The notes under the pieces: generated by a model | Database searches by the model: none | What the model saw: the letters and a program-made list of their open reading frames with translations, nothing else | What the model was told of the DNA's origin: nothing | Made by a program: the position numbers and the translations under genes | Assembly (NCBI GenBank): GCA_011371465.1 | Contig: DRQL01000280.1 | Coordinates: 1,959-33,958 of the forward strand | DNA length: 32,000 nucleotides | From: Gammaproteobacteria bacterium | GTDB lineage: Bacteria; Pseudomonadota; Gammaproteobacteria; DSM-19610 | Reading direction: 5' to 3' | In this document: positions 13,131 to 22,233 of the stretch, piece after piece | Position numbering within the stretch: the first letter of the stretch is position 1 | Layout of the letters: every line of letters begins with the position of its first letter

Positions 13131-13598
13131 CTACTTCCGTAACGGTCTGTGCTTCTTCCGGAAAGCCTTGCGTTGTTCGGGCGACATGGCTTTCCACTTG
13201 TTGCGCAAAGCCTTGCGCCGCTCCGGCGGCAGCTGGCGGAACCATTCCCGGCGCTGTCGCAGGCGCTCCTGCTGCTCGGGTGGCAACTGCCTGAAATGCT
13301 GCTGGCGCTGGCGCAGTTTTTCACGCTGCCGGGGAGACAGGGACTGCCAGCGCTTCAGGCGCTGCCGGGTCCGTTGCCGTTGTTCAGGCGTCATCTTTGA
13401 CCAGCGCTCGGCCCCCTTGCGCAACTTCTGCTGACGTTCAGCCGGCAGCTGATCCCAGCGCTCCCGAAAGGTACCGAGCAGTTTCTGTTCCTGGCCGGAG
13501 AGCGCATCCCAGGCTACCCCTTCGTCAGCAAACGCGATTACCGGCGAAACAACCAGTGCAAGCAGTACAACCATCAGCATTCGCATGACATTATTCAT
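13131..13598 (-). CDS. Exported DUF3106-type repeat protein (about seven ~18-aa units of W/F-x-x-L/M-S/T/P-P-E/R-Q/R-R)
   Basis: The internal ATG at 13598 gives MNNVMRMLMVVLLALVVSPVIAFA, a clear signal peptide. The longer track ORF (to 13775) has an implausible Arg/Cys/Trp-rich N-terminus and would overlap the upstream gene. It is the last gene of the ECF sigma cluster. Confidence 0.8.
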   Translation of the reverse strand: MNNVMRMLMVVLLALVVSPVIAFADEGVAWDALSGQEQKLLGTFRERWDQLPAERQQKLRKGAERWSKMTPEQRQRTRQRLKRWQSLSPRQREKLRQRQQHFRQLPPEQQERLRQRREWFRQLPPERRKALRNKWKAMSPEQRKAFRKKHRPLRK

Positions 13599-13827
13599 CC
13601 GTCGTCTCTGTTTCCTGATCCAGCACCTGCCATTGCGGGCGTTCGTAATCCAGCGGGTCCAGTATCTCACCCTGCAGTTCCTCGCTATCCGCGAGGAACT
13701 CAAGCAGTGCTTCGGGCAGGGCTTCGTCATCGGCTTCCTCTGCCAGGCTGACCGCGCTGGCGACCAGCAGGACAAGGCACGGACCCAACCGCCTAGCTGC
13801 TGGATTGCGTCGCTTCGAGCCAGGCAT
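13591..13827 (-). CDS. Small exported acidic protein (hypothetical, ~78 aa precursor)
   Basis: The ATG at 13827 gives MPGSKRRNPAARRLGPCLVLLVASAVSLA|EEADDE, which has a positive n-region, a hydrophobic core and an A-x-A-like site. The mature part is very acidic (LLEFLADSEELQGEILDPLDYE). It overlaps the upstream gene by 35 nt and the downstream start by 8 nt. The start is uncertain (a TTG at 13788 is possible). Confidence 0.45.
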   Translation of the reverse strand: MPGSKRRNPAARRLGPCLVLLVASAVSLAEEADDEALPEALLEFLADSEELQGEILDPLDYERPQWQVLDQETETTDE

Positions 13828-14128
13828 AGAAATCCAGGTCTTCCAGCAGTTCGAGGTTTTCCATCTGTGACAGCATTTCTTCATCACCGGGCACGCCATC
13901 GCTGACCCGGGGCAGGTAATTCCATACCAGCACGGCGGCCAGCACGGCGGCGGCCATTGCCAGCCCGCCAAACGGCAAACGGTTGATCCTGGATCGCGCC
14001 GGACCACTCACAGCTGACCTGCGCATCACCCGCAGGCGTGCAGCGGTTACTTCATCCACGCCGTCGGCGTGGCGGTCGAGCACCTGTTTGACCCGGTCCG
14101 TAAAGACACTATCCCGCTCGCTGTTCAT
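13793..14128 (-). CDS. Single-pass membrane protein, DUF3619-like; candidate anti-sigma/sensor partner of the ECF sigma
   Basis: The ATG at 14128 overlaps the sigma gene stop (ATGA). The 111-aa product MNSERDSVFTDRVKQVLD...AARLRVMRRSAV has one TM segment ([19 protein letters not shown]). The upstream part of the 212-aa track ORF lies in the wrong frame inside the sigma gene. Confidence 0.7.
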   Translation of the reverse strand: MNSERDSVFTDRVKQVLDRHADGVDEVTAARLRVMRRSAVSGPARSRINRLPFGGLAMAAAVLAAVLVWNYLPRVSDGVPGDEEMLSQMENLELLEDLDFYAWLEATQSSS

Positions 14129-14616
14129 GACCAGTGCTCCTCCAGCATGCCGCGCAGTCGATGTATAGCCCGTGAATAATGGGTTTTCACACTGCCTTCG
14201 CTGCAACCCATGGCGAAGGCCGTCGCGGCGGTGTCCAGACCTTCCCAGGCGCGCAGCAGGAACGCCTGCTGCTGCCGCAATGGCAGCGAGTGCAGCGCCA
14301 CCCGCAACCGGTCGATGGCATCCGCCTGCAACAGTGCATCCACCGCATCCGGCTGTCCTGCATCGGGCAACTGCTGTACCGGATCGGGCCGTTCTTCTGC
14401 ACCCTCGGGCTCCACGCCGAAACCCAGCCATGCCCGGAAGCGGTCACGTACCCGGTTGCGCCGGTAACGGTCGCGAATGCGGTTTTGCAGGATGCGGTAA
14501 AACAGCGGGGCCCATTCCTGCTCCTCACGGTGAAGGTAGGATTTCACCAGGCCCAGCATGGCATCCTGCACCAGGTCGAGGGCGTCTTCACGGTTACCCG
14601 TTGCCAGCTCGGCCAT
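14125..14616 (-). CDS. ECF (sigma-70 group IV) RNA polymerase sigma factor; the true start is probably upstream at CTG 14676
   Basis: Region 2 (DLVQDAMLGLV, FYRILQNRIRDRYRR) and region 4.2 (LPLRQQQAFLLRAWEGLDTAATAFAMGCSEGSVKTHYSRAIHRL) are recognisable. The frame stays open to 14689 and encodes LERTQALDRFLAGIERRAFR, a plausible region 2.1 helix. There is no ATG/GTG/TTG upstream of 14616. AAGGAG (14688-14683) lies 6 nt before CTG (14676-14674). Confidence 0.88.
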   Translation of the reverse strand: MAELATGNREDALDLVQDAMLGLVKSYLHREEQEWAPLFYRILQNRIRDRYRRNRVRDRFRAWLGFGVEPEGAEERPDPVQQLPDAGQPDAVDALLQADAIDRLRVALHSLPLRQQQAFLLRAWEGLDTAATAFAMGCSEGSVKTHYSRAIHRLRGMLEEHWS

Positions 14617-14724
14617 CCGGAACGCACGCCGCTCAATGCCGGCAAGAAAGCGATCGAGGGCTTGTGTGCGTTCCAGAACCGGCTCCTTTGTGCATCATTG
14701 CATCTGCACGTCATTGTACGGATT

Positions 14725-15144
14725 CTAGATCCTGTGGTGCGCTTTTGCATGATGCTGAATGCGATGCCCGGCGCGGTCCATGCGATGGTTGATCCGGTCG
14801 CCCTTGCGATCCAGGCGATGATTGATACGATCACCCTTTCGATCCAGCCGCTGGTTGATGCGGTCCCCCTTGCGGTCCAGGCGGGTGGCCAGTTTGTCCC
14901 TGCCCTGCGCGGCTGCTCTGTCCGAGGCACGATCCAGGTGCCGATCGATGCGATCCCCCTTTCGATCCAGACGGTGCTCGATACGGTCTCCCTTGTGATC
15001 CAGCCGGTTTTCAATGCGATCGCCCCGGTGATCCAGGTAACGTTCAACCCGTTCCCCGTTGCCACGGCTGTCAGCGCCGGCCAGTGTGCTGCCCAGTAAC
15101 AGGCTGGTCGCAACCAGGGATGAAATCCATACTCGTTTGCTCAT
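14725..15144 (-). CDS. Secreted Arg/Asp/His-rich protein built from 11-residue tandem repeats (consensus LDRKGDRINHR), function unknown
   Basis: The ATG at 15144 is preceded by GAGGA. Signal peptide MSKRVWISSLVATSLLLGSTLAGA|DS. The repeat is kept in frame with strict 33-nt periodicity. The overlapping ORFs 14179..15099(+) and 14544..15113(-) are alternative-frame readings of the same repeat. Confidence 0.72.
   Translation of the reverse strand: MSKRVWISSLVATSLLLGSTLAGADSRGNGERVERYLDHRGDRIENRLDHKGDRIEHRLDRKGDRIDRHLDRASDRAAAQGRDKLATRLDRKGDRINQRLDRKGDRINHRLDRKGDRINHRMDRAGHRIQHHAKAHHRI
14775..15036 (-). repeat. In-frame 33-nt tandem repeat (two blocks of 3-4 units separated by a 57-nt step)
   Basis: The plus-strand motif G(A/G)TCCA(G/T) recurs at 14775, 14808, 14841 and 14874, then at 14931, 14964, 14997 and 15030. 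The spacing is exactly 33 nt within each block. Confidence 0.9.
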
Positions 15145-15352
15145 CTCGTTTTCCTCGTGTGGTGGTGAAAAATATACGTCTCACTATGCTCAACGCACAG
15201 GCTCCGCTGCGGTTGACAGGGAAACCGGTTATGATGACGCAGTGAATGCATTGCCCCACGAGAAAATCGATAAGATTCTGATTAAAAAGGCAAGTTTTTA
15301 TTGGGCTGGCCGGTGCCAACCCGGCTTCCCGTAGACATTTCCGGATGGTTTC

Positions 15353-17557
15353 ATGCCCGCAAGTACGCTGATTCTGGAGATTGCCGTACCCTCGCCGCTG
15401 TATCGCAGCTTCGACTACCGCGCGGCCGGGGCCGGCAGCGATCAGCCGCCAGAGGCGGGTACGCGCGTGCTGGTGCCCTTCGGGCGGAGCAAGGTGGTTG
15501 GCATCCTGCTGGCAGTCAAACAACACTCGGATCACCCCGCCGGCAAGCTGAAGAACATCCTGGAGATTCTCGACCCCGAGCCGGTCCTGGACACCGGGCT
15601 GATGCAGCTGCTGCGCTGGACGGCCCGCTACTACCATCACCCGATCGGCGAAACACTGAGCACGGCACTGCCGGCGTTGCTGCGCAAACCGGCACGACCG
15701 TCGCAACGATCGGACATGGTGTGGACACTGACGGAATCCGGCCGGCAACAGGCAGCGCAACCACCGCCGGGTGCTCCGCGCCAGGCCCTTGTGCTGCAAG
15801 CACTTGCAGATCAGCCACGAGGGCTGCAGCGGGAGGCGCTCCAGGTTCCGCTCGCCGTGCTGAAGCGCCTGCAGCACAAGGGCTGGCTCCGGCAGGTCGA
15901 GTCAGCACCGGATCCTGACGCAACGCCCGTCCACGCAACCGCCACCCGGCACACCCTGACCGCGCAGCAACAGGCCGCAGCCGAAGCCGTTCAGTCCGGC
16001 TTTGGCCGCTTCCAGCCCTTTCTGCTCGAAGGCGTGACCGGCAGCGGTAAAACCGAGGTCTACCTGTGCCTGATCGAACAGCTGTTACAGTCGGGCAAAC
16101 AGACACTGGTACTGGTACCGGAAATCGGCCTTACACCGCAGCTCGTGGCACGCTTCCGGCAACGCTTCAATGTGCCGCTCGCCGTGCTGCATTCCGGTCT
16201 CAATGACCGTCAGCGACTGCAGGCCTGGCAGCAGGCCGCTGCCGGCACAGCGGGTTTGATACTGGGCACCCGCTCGGCGATTTTCACACCCCTGAAGAAC
16301 CCCGGCCTGATCATTGTCGATGAAGAACACGATGCCTCGCTGAAACAGCAGGACGGTCTGCGCTACTCGGCGCGTGATCTGGCGGTCTGGCGTGCCCGGC
16401 AGCTGCATATCCCGGTCTTGCTGGGGTCGGCCACCCCGTCACTGGAAAGTCTCTATAACGTGCAGGAAGACCGCTATCGCCTGCTGGACCTTCCGCAACG
16501 TGCGGGTAAAGCACTCGCACCGACCATGCGCCTGCTGGACCTGCGCGGCCAGAAAATGCGCGACCTGCTCAGCGCCACGCTGCTGGAAGCCATGGCTGCA
16601 CACCTGCAGCGTGGCGGGCAGGTGCTTCTGTTCCTGAACCGGCGCGGCTTTGCGCCGGTGCTGTTGTGTCATGCCTGCGGCTGGGTGGCCGAATGCCGAC
16701 GTTGCGACGCGCGCATGACCCTGCACCAGCGCAGTGGCGAACTGCGTTGCCACCACTGTGGCAGCCAGCGCCGCATCGACCGCCATTGCCCGGCCTGTGG
16801 CAGCAGTGAACTGCTGGGCATCGGCGAGGGCACCGAGCGCATTGAACAGGCCCTGCAGCAGCATTTCCCCGACATCCCGGTGCTGCGCATCGACCGCGAT
16901 ACCACGCGCCGCAAGGGGGAACTGGAAGCCGCCCTGTCCGCCGCCGGGAGTGGCGCAGCGCGCATCCTGCTGGGCACGCAGATGCTGGCCAAGGGCCACC
17001 ATTTCCCCGGCGTCACGCTGGCGGCCATCCTGGATGCCGACCAGGGCCTGTTCAGCAGTGACTTCCGGGCGGGAGAACGCATGGCACAGATGATCGTCCA
17101 GGTCGCGGGGCGGGCCGGACGTGCGGAAAAACCCGGTGAAGTCATGATCCAGACACACCACCCCGACCACCCCCTGCTGCTGCAGCTGGTCGCATCGGGA
17201 TACCCCGCGTTTGCACGGGCGGCCCTGGAGGAACGGCGCGAGGCGCAGCTACCACCGTATGCCAGCATGGCCCTGTTGCGCGCCGAAGCAACCGATAGCG
17301 GGCACCCCAGGGCCTTCCTGGAGGCCGCACGGGAACTGGCTGAAGCGTACCAGGGCGAAACCGTGCAACTGTGGGGGCCGGTGGCCGCTCCCATGGAACG
17401 CCGCGCCGGCCGCTACCGCGCCCAGTTGCTGATCCAGGCACAGCAGCGCGGGGAATTGCAGCGCTTGCTCGGACACTGGATACCCCTGCTGGCGGGAATA
17501 CCCCAGGTGCGCCGGGTACGCTGGTCGATCGATGTCGACCCGGTCGACCTGTTCTGA
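15353..17557 (+). CDS. priA: Primosomal replication restart protein N' (PriA helicase)
   Basis: ATG start. Walker A LLEGVTGSGKTEVY, DEAH-like IIVDEEHD, Cys-rich zinc region (CHACG...CRRCD...CHHCG...CPACG) and GTQMLAKGHHFP. Confidence 0.96.
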   Translation: MPASTLILEIAVPSPLYRSFDYRAAGAGSDQPPEAGTRVLVPFGRSKVVGILLAVKQHSDHPAGKLKNILEILDPEPVLDTGLMQLLRWTARYYHHPIGETLSTALPALLRKPARPSQRSDMVWTLTESGRQQAAQPPPGAPRQALVLQALADQPRGLQREALQVPLAVLKRLQHKGWLRQVESAPDPDATPVHATATRHTLTAQQQAAAEAVQSGFGRFQPFLLEGVTGSGKTEVYLCLIEQLLQSGKQTLVLVPEIGLTPQLVARFRQRFNVPLAVLHSGLNDRQRLQAWQQAAAGTAGLILGTRSAIFTPLKNPGLIIVDEEHDASLKQQDGLRYSARDLAVWRARQLHIPVLLGSATPSLESLYNVQEDRYRLLDLPQRAGKALAPTMRLLDLRGQKMRDLLSATLLEAMAAHLQRGGQVLLFLNRRGFAPVLLCHACGWVAECRRCDARMTLHQRSGELRCHHCGSQRRIDRHCPACGSSELLGIGEGTERIEQALQQHFPDIPVLRIDRDTTRRKGELEAALSAAGSGAARILLGTQMLAKGHHFPGVTLAAILDADQGLFSSDFRAGERMAQMIVQVAGRAGRAEKPGEVMIQTHHPDHPLLLQLVASGYPAFARAALEERREAQLPPYASMALLRAEATDSGHPRAFLEAARELAEAYQGETVQLWGPVAAPMERRAGRYRAQLLIQAQQRGELQRLLGHWIPLLAGIPQVRRVRWSIDVDPVDLF

Positions 17558-17572
17558 ACAGCGGCTGGCGGG

Positions 17573-18085
17573 CTAGAAGCGGTAAAGCACGCCCAGGCTC
17601 CAGTAGTTGACGTCGGAATCGATCCGCGTGCCGTCCGCCTGCAGGGCCCACTCGGGCGTGATGTTCCAGCCCAGCGCCCCGCCCCAGGAGACGCTGCTGT
17701 CCGAGTCACTGGCGGAAAAGCCCGCCACCTTGACCGACACATCCGACCAGGCCGCACCGTAGCGGACCTTGATGTAGAACGTATCCCCGACCCGTGCCGC
17801 CAGGAAGGCCGCCCGGGTGTCGATATCCCAGTCACCTTTCTGGCCCGCGATTTTCACGTCACCGTCGGAAACCGTGGTGGTCAGCTCCCCTTCCACGGAA
17901 AGATAGAACTGCTGCTTGCTGAAGAATTCGTAGCCCAGCAGCACCCCGGCGTTGGTTGCATCGTCGAATCCGTTTGCATCCGCGTCCATAATCCCGACCG
18001 ATGGCCCCAGGTAGACGCCACTGGCCGCATGAGCGGCCGTAATCCCGGCGGTGGCAAGCAAAGCAAAGGCTGTTTGACGAATCAC
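17573..18085 (-). CDS. Small outer-membrane beta-barrel protein (OmpW/OmpA-like 8-strand porin family)
   Basis: GTG start behind GGGAGA. Signal peptide MIRQTAFALLATAGITAAHA. Alternating hydrophobic beta pattern and a C-terminal ...GVLYRF ending in an aromatic residue. Confidence 0.75.
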   Translation of the reverse strand: MIRQTAFALLATAGITAAHAASGVYLGPSVGIMDADANGFDDATNAGVLLGYEFFSKQQFYLSVEGELTTTVSDGDVKIAGQKGDWDIDTRAAFLAARVGDTFYIKVRYGAAWSDVSVKVAGFSASDSDSSVSWGGALGWNITPEWALQADGTRIDSDVNYWSLGVLYRF

Positions 18086-18164
18086 TGTTTCTTCTCCCGT
18101 TTAAAGTGTTGTATACGTCCCGCCAGCCCGGATAATAGGCGCCTTTCCGGCTAGCGCGAAATCC

Positions 18165-19925
18165 ATGAAGCACCTGCTGTCACAGTTACTGTCCGAAGCG
18201 GTCCAGACCCTGAAGTCACAGGGAGACCTGCCCGGCGACCTGGCCGTCGAGATCGGCCTGGAACGCACCCGTGACCGCCGCCACGGTGACTTCGCCAGCA
18301 ATCTTGCCATGGTGCTGTGCAAACCGGCCCGCAGCAAGCCACGCGACCTGGCGGACCGGCTGGTCGCTGCGCTGCCCGACTCGGAACTGGTCAGCCGGGT
18401 CGAAATCGCCGGACCCGGGTTTATCAATTTTTTCCTCGGCCCGTCCGCCTACCACGCGACCATAACACAGGTCCTGGAACAGGGAGAACGCTATGGCCGC
18501 AGCGACTTCGGGCGAGGCAAATCGGTACAGGTCGAATTCGTATCCGCCAACCCGACCGGCCCGCTGCACGTCGGTCACGGCCGCGGCGCCGCCTATGGCG
18601 CGACGGTCGCTGACCTGCTGGCGGCCACCGGTTACCGGGTACACCGGGAATACTACGTCAACGATGCCGGGCGGCAGATGGATATTCTCGCTACCAGTGT
18701 CTACCTGCGCTACCTGGACCTGTGTGGTGAAGAAGTCCCTTTCCCCGCCAACGGCTACAAGGGTGATTATGTCTGGGACATCGCCGCCAGCCTGCACCGT
18801 GAGCACGGTGACGCGCTGCGCCACGCCGTCACGGAAGTGTTCACCGGGGTCCCCGCGGATGAACCGCAGGGTGGCGACAAGGAATTGCATATCGACGCCC
18901 TGATCCGGCGCTGCAAGGAACTGCTCGGCGCCGAACGCTACCGGGAAACCTTCGACCTCGGACTGAACTCCATCCTGCACAACATCCGCACCGACCTGGA
19001 AGAGTTCGGCGTGCACTACGACGACTGGTTCTCCGAGCGTTCGCTGACCGAAAGCGGCATGGTCGAGCGTGCCGTACAACGCCTGGAGCAGGCCGGCTAT
19101 ACCTACGAAAAGAACGGCGCAACCTGGTTCCGCTCCACCGATTTCGGCGATGAAAAAGACCGGGTAGTGGTCAGGGAGAACGGGCAGAGCACCTATTTCG
19201 CTTCCGATATCGCCTACCACATGAACAAGCTGGAGCGTGGTTATGACCGGGTGATCGATGTCTGGGGGGCGGATCACCACGGCTACGTGCCGCGCGTGAA
19301 AGCCGCCTTGCAGGCGCTGGGAGACGATGCGGACAAGCTGGACGTGCTGCTGGTACAGTTTGCGGTACTGTACCGCGGTGGCGAGAAGGTACAGATGTCC
19401 ACCCGCTCCGGTGAATTTGTCACCCTGCGCGAGTTGCGCCACGAAGTCGGTAACGACGCGGCGCGCTTTTTCTACGTAATGCGCAAGTGCGAGCAGCACA
19501 TGGACTTTGACCTGGACCTGGCCAAATCGCAGTCCAGTGACAACCCGGTGTACTATATACAGTACGCGCACGCGCGCATCGCCAGCGTGCTGCGGCAGAT
19601 GCCCGACAAGGGCATGCAGTGGGACGCGGAAACCGGCGCACAAAACCTGCACCGGCTCACCGAGACCCATGAAGATGCGCTGATGGTGAACCTGTCACGC
19701 TACCCGGAAATCGTTGCCAGCGCGGCCGTCAACCACGAGCCGCACGCCATCGCGCACTACCTGCGCGACCTGGCCAACGATTTTCACACCTACTACAACG
19801 CGCACCAGTTCCTGATCGAAGACCCGGCACTGCGCAACGCCCGCCTCAACCTGATCCAGGCGACCCGGCAGGTGATCGTCAACGGGCTCGGGCTGCTGGG
19901 TGTATCAGCGCCGGACAGCATGTAG
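18165..19925 (+). CDS. argS: Arginine--tRNA ligase
   Basis: Class I HIGH variant ([16 protein letters not shown]), a KMSKS-like QMSTRSG motif and the C-terminal anticodon-binding DALR region. Length 586 aa. Confidence 0.96.
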   Translation: MKHLLSQLLSEAVQTLKSQGDLPGDLAVEIGLERTRDRRHGDFASNLAMVLCKPARSKPRDLADRLVAALPDSELVSRVEIAGPGFINFFLGPSAYHATITQVLEQGERYGRSDFGRGKSVQVEFVSANPTGPLHVGHGRGAAYGATVADLLAATGYRVHREYYVNDAGRQMDILATSVYLRYLDLCGEEVPFPANGYKGDYVWDIAASLHREHGDALRHAVTEVFTGVPADEPQGGDKELHIDALIRRCKELLGAERYRETFDLGLNSILHNIRTDLEEFGVHYDDWFSERSLTESGMVERAVQRLEQAGYTYEKNGATWFRSTDFGDEKDRVVVRENGQSTYFASDIAYHMNKLERGYDRVIDVWGADHHGYVPRVKAALQALGDDADKLDVLLVQFAVLYRGGEKVQMSTRSGEFVTLRELRHEVGNDAARFFYVMRKCEQHMDFDLDLAKSQSSDNPVYYIQYAHARIASVLRQMPDKGMQWDAETGAQNLHRLTETHEDALMVNLSRYPEIVASAAVNHEPHAIAHYLRDLANDFHTYYNAHQFLIEDPALRNARLNLIQATRQVIVNGLGLLGVSAPDSM

Positions 19926-19928
19926 TTC

Positions 19929-20504
19929 ATGGCAACCGACTACAGGCGACGCAGCAGGCGCAAGAGAAGACCGTCGGGACCCCCGCCCTGGCTATGGGCC
20001 GCGGCCGGACTGGTCGTCGGACTGTTTGTTGCCTTCCTGGTGTTCCTCAAGGTCAGCCACGACCAGACCTTCAGCGAACAGGCGGCGCTGGAACTTCCGG
20101 CCGAGCCGGTAGCACCCGCCCGGCCCAGGACGCACAAGGCCCCCGCGCCCCCACCCAAACCACGCTTTGATTTCTACAACCTGTTACCGGAAATGGAAGT
20201 GATCGTCCCCGAAGAAACCATCCAGGGAACGCCGACCCGGGAAGGCGTCAAGCGGGTCGAGAAACCCGGCACCTACCTGTTGCAGGCGGGTTCGTTCCGC
20301 AGTCGCAAACAGGCCGACCAGCTGCGCGCAAAACTGGCCCTGCTGGGCATGGAAACCCGCATCCAGACGGTCAGCGTCAACCACAAACAGTCCTGGCACC
20401 GGGTGCGGGTCGGTCCCTTCAACAACCTGCGCGACCTCAACCAGGCGCGCAGCCTGCTGAAGAAGAACGGCATCGATGCCATTCTGATCCGGCTGAAAGG
20501 CTGA
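19929..20504 (+). CDS. SPOR domain cell-division protein (FtsN-like)
   Basis: A basic N-terminus is followed by one TM (WLWAAAGLVVGLFVAFLVFL), a Pro-rich linker and a C-terminal SPOR domain (YLLQAGSFRSRKQADQLRAKLALLG...WHRVRVGPF). It starts 4 nt after argS, as in Pseudomonas synteny. Confidence 0.85.
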   Translation: MATDYRRRSRRKRRPSGPPPWLWAAAGLVVGLFVAFLVFLKVSHDQTFSEQAALELPAEPVAPARPRTHKAPAPPPKPRFDFYNLLPEMEVIVPEETIQGTPTREGVKRVEKPGTYLLQAGSFRSRKQADQLRAKLALLGMETRIQTVSVNHKQSWHRVRVGPFNNLRDLNQARSLLKKNGIDAILIRLKG

Positions 20505-20516
20505 ACCGCACGCGCC

Positions 20517-22097
20517 TCAGTTGCGGCGCTGGAACTGTGCGACCAGTTGTTGCTGACGCCGTGCCTCGTGGATCAGTTGCTGGCTGATTTCACCGTTTTT
20601 AAACGCAGCGTCGGAAGTACCCTGACCGAGTTCGTTGATGGTAGCCACATTGCCGTTGATTTCCTCGGCGACCGCACTCTGTTCCTCGGCAGCCGTCGCG
20701 ATCTGGGTGTTCATGTCACTGATCTTGCGGATTGCCGTGGTGATATCTTCCAGCGCCTTGCCCGCCCGGGTAGCGCATTGCACACTGGTTTCGGTTTTTT
20801 CAGTACCCTGCTCCATGGCGGATACCGCCTCGTTCGCACCTTCCTGCAGGCGTTCGACCATGTCCTGGATTTCCTGTGTCGATTGCTGTGTGCGCTGGGC
20901 CAGGGTACGCACCTCGTCGGCGACCACGGCAAAACCGCGTCCCTGTTCGCCGGCGCGTGCCGCTTCGATCGCAGCATTCAGAGCCAGCAGGTTGGTCTGT
21001 TCAGCGATGCCGCGGATCACGTCCACGACGGTACCGATGCTGGCGGCATCGCTGTTGAGCTGATTGATCACACCGGCAGCCTGAGCGACACCCTCGGCAA
21101 CGTCGCGGATCGACCGCACCGTTTCATTGACCACCGCACGACCTTCATCGGCGGATTGCTGTGCCTCGACCGTGCCGTCTGCGGCGTAGGTTGCATTGCG
21201 CGCCACTTCCTGAACCGTGGCAGACATCTCGTGCATCGCTGTTGCCACCTGGTCGGTCTGCGACTGCTGTTCGTGCAGGCGTACATTGGTTTCCTCGATG
21301 GTGCCGGCCAGGGACTCTGCCGAGCTCTTGAGTGTCAGGCTGGAATCACCGACCCGGCCTACCACCGCGCGCAATTCCGCTGCCTGCATTTTCATGGCCA
21401 GTTCGATACTGCCTACTTCGTCCCTGTTGTCGGTATAAATCAGCTGCATCAGCGGATTGTCGATGATTTTCCGTGCCTTTGCGGCCGCTGCCCGGATCCG
21501 TCCTGAAATCAGCCAGGTCGTGAACACAGCCGCGCCCACACTCACGGCCGAAATACTCCAGGTGGCCACCGCACCGAACGCATCGCTGGCAGCCAGTGCC
21601 CCGAGCGGAGGAAGCACAGCGAACGCAAAACCGGCTGCCAGCCGGCTGCGAATACCGATTTCCGGCAGGCGCAACGCGAGCGGCATTTTTCCCTGCTTCA
21701 ACTGCCGGTAGATACGCTCGGCGCGACGCACGATACTGCGCTCCGGTCGGGTACGGACAGACTGGTACTCATCGACCCGGCCGTTCTCCCGGATAGGCGT
21801 AACGTATGCATCGACCCAGTAATAGCTGCCGTCCTTGCAGCGGTTCTTGACGATCCCCATCCACGAGTGTTCGTTCTTCAGGCTGGTCCACAGGTCGGCG
21901 AAGGCTGCCGGCGGCATATCGGGGTGGCGGACGATGTTGTGATTACGCCCTACCAGTTCCTCTTCGCCATAACCGCTTACCTTGATGAAATCCTCGTTAC
22001 AGTACGTGATGGCGCCTTTCAGGTTGGTTGTCGACAGCAGGTTGGCATCTTCCGGGTAGTTGACTTCGTGATCCGTTACCGGTGTGTTGATCTTCAT
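20517..22097 (-). CDS. aer: Aerotaxis receptor: PAS(FAD)-TM hairpin-HAMP-methyl-accepting signalling domain
   Basis: The N-terminus closely parallels E. coli Aer ([11 protein letters not shown]..., [33 protein letters not shown]). Two central TM segments. The highly conserved MCP tip is present ([37 protein letters not shown]). Confidence 0.9.
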   Translation of the reverse strand: MKINTPVTDHEVNYPEDANLLSTTNLKGAITYCNEDFIKVSGYGEEELVGRNHNIVRHPDMPPAAFADLWTSLKNEHSWMGIVKNRCKDGSYYWVDAYVTPIRENGRVDEYQSVRTRPERSIVRRAERIYRQLKQGKMPLALRLPEIGIRSRLAAGFAFAVLPPLGALAASDAFGAVATWSISAVSVGAAVFTTWLISGRIRAAAAKARKIIDNPLMQLIYTDNRDEVGSIELAMKMQAAELRAVVGRVGDSSLTLKSSAESLAGTIEETNVRLHEQQSQTDQVATAMHEMSATVQEVARNATYAADGTVEAQQSADEGRAVVNETVRSIRDVAEGVAQAAGVINQLNSDAASIGTVVDVIRGIAEQTNLLALNAAIEAARAGEQGRGFAVVADEVRTLAQRTQQSTQEIQDMVERLQEGANEAVSAMEQGTEKTETSVQCATRAGKALEDITTAIRKISDMNTQIATAAEEQSAVAEEINGNVATINELGQGTSDAAFKNGEISQQLIHEARRQQQLVAQFQRRN

Positions 22098-22233
22098 TGT
22101 TGCAAGCTCCAGTGCTGTTTTCCTTAAACGTGTCTTCCCTGCTTCACCGCTACCTGACGGTCTGGAGGTGGTGCGTGCATCCCGTACAGGCCGCCCGACT
22201 CTTTCCGCGGGTGGTGCAGCGGGTCGTGGGCAC

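Noticed and set aside
13591-14431. Full-length track ORFs 13793..14431(-) of 212 aa, 13591..14007(-) of 138 aa and 13131..13775(-) of 214 aa.
   Set aside because: Their 5' portions are out-of-frame readings of the neighbouring genes and give Cys/Trp/Arg-rich nonsense. Internal ATGs at 14128, 13827 and 13598 give sensible proteins, each with a TM segment or a signal peptide.
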